Below the pieces are notes generated by a model, which was given only the letters and a program-made list of their open reading frames with translations, had not been told where the DNA came from and ran no database searches. A DNA stretch of 62,257 bases from assembly GCA_030324005.1 (NCBI GenBank), contig JARDVH010000073.1, positions 27,408,775 to 27,471,031 of the forward strand, in the 5' to 3' direction. Position 1 is the first letter of the stretch. Each line of letters begins with the position of its first letter. Shown one piece after another: positions 61,735-62,257 of the stretch. Position numbers and translations under genes: made by a program. The DNA comes from Negaprion brevirostris (lineage: Eukaryota).

Positions 61735-62257
61735 GTATTCACAATAATATAAATGATTTGGAATGGAAATGCTAGTAAAATCTACTGATTTAAGTATGAT
61801 TGATGATGAGGGTGATACCAGTCAGCTGTAAAATGACATAGAATGTGCACAGTGTGACAGATAACATTTAAAATGCAGAAATGTGAGGTAATTTTTTGCA
61901 GGAGGGTTAGGGAGAGGCAATTAACTAAACAGCCAAGTTATAAAGAGGGTACAGGGACAGTGGGAGCTGGTGGTGTGTGTAAATAGATCTTTAAAGAGTA
62001 GATAGTAAAGCAGATGAGGTAATAAATACAAAAGCAGGGAAATTACGCTGAACCTTTATGAAATTCTGGTTAGGCCACAATTCGAGTAGTACAGAGTTCT
62101 GGTTACAATTTAAAAAGGATGTGAGCGTCCTTGAGATGCTGCAAAGGAGAATTACCAAAACAGTTCCAGAGATGAAGGATTTTAGCTACATGGTTGGGAT
62201 TGGAAAAGTGAGGGTTATTTCTCTTGGCACAAAGGACTTTGAGGGGAGATTTGCTCA
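61735..62257 (+). mobile_element. Old CR1 fragment, runs off the window end
   Basis: ttcacaataatataaatgatttgga, gcagaaatgtgaggta, LVRPQFE, LEMLQRRITKTVPEMKDFSY, and ttgaggggagatttg. Confidence 0.8.

Noticed and set aside
1-62257. Prokaryote-type systems (CRISPR arrays, operons, defence loci)
   Set aside because: No regularly spaced repeats or long ORFs; the window is vertebrate repeat-rich DNA.

Overview
Repeat-rich, AT-rich vertebrate non-coding DNA. It is almost certainly from a cartilaginous fish, probably a shark (inferred from HE1-type V-SINEs, HER1/CR1 LINEs and DeuSINE copies). It comes from a gapped draft assembly with 19 N-runs, seven of them exactly 100 nt. I found no intact host protein-coding gene, RNA gene or CRISPR array; the recognisable ORFs are decayed transposable-element fragments. 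Contents: many CR1 fragments; two tail-classes of HE1-like SINE; a second SINE paired with a CR1/L2-group LINE; a decayed Gypsy LTR element (30888-36017, minus) with nested Rex1/Babar and CR1 insertions; a Tx1-like LINE 3' end; a PIF/Harbinger transposase remnant with many TIR-bounded MITEs; and short Penelope-like insertions with target-site duplications and degenerate hammerhead-ribozyme cores. The best leads are the fold-back hammerhead-bearing mini-elements, a V-SINE whose tail resembles the Rex1/Babar 3' end, and several repeat-free motif-dense blocks that may be conserved enhancers. I see no convincing evidence of a wholly new system. Family names come from recognised motifs, not database searches, and most boundaries are approximate.
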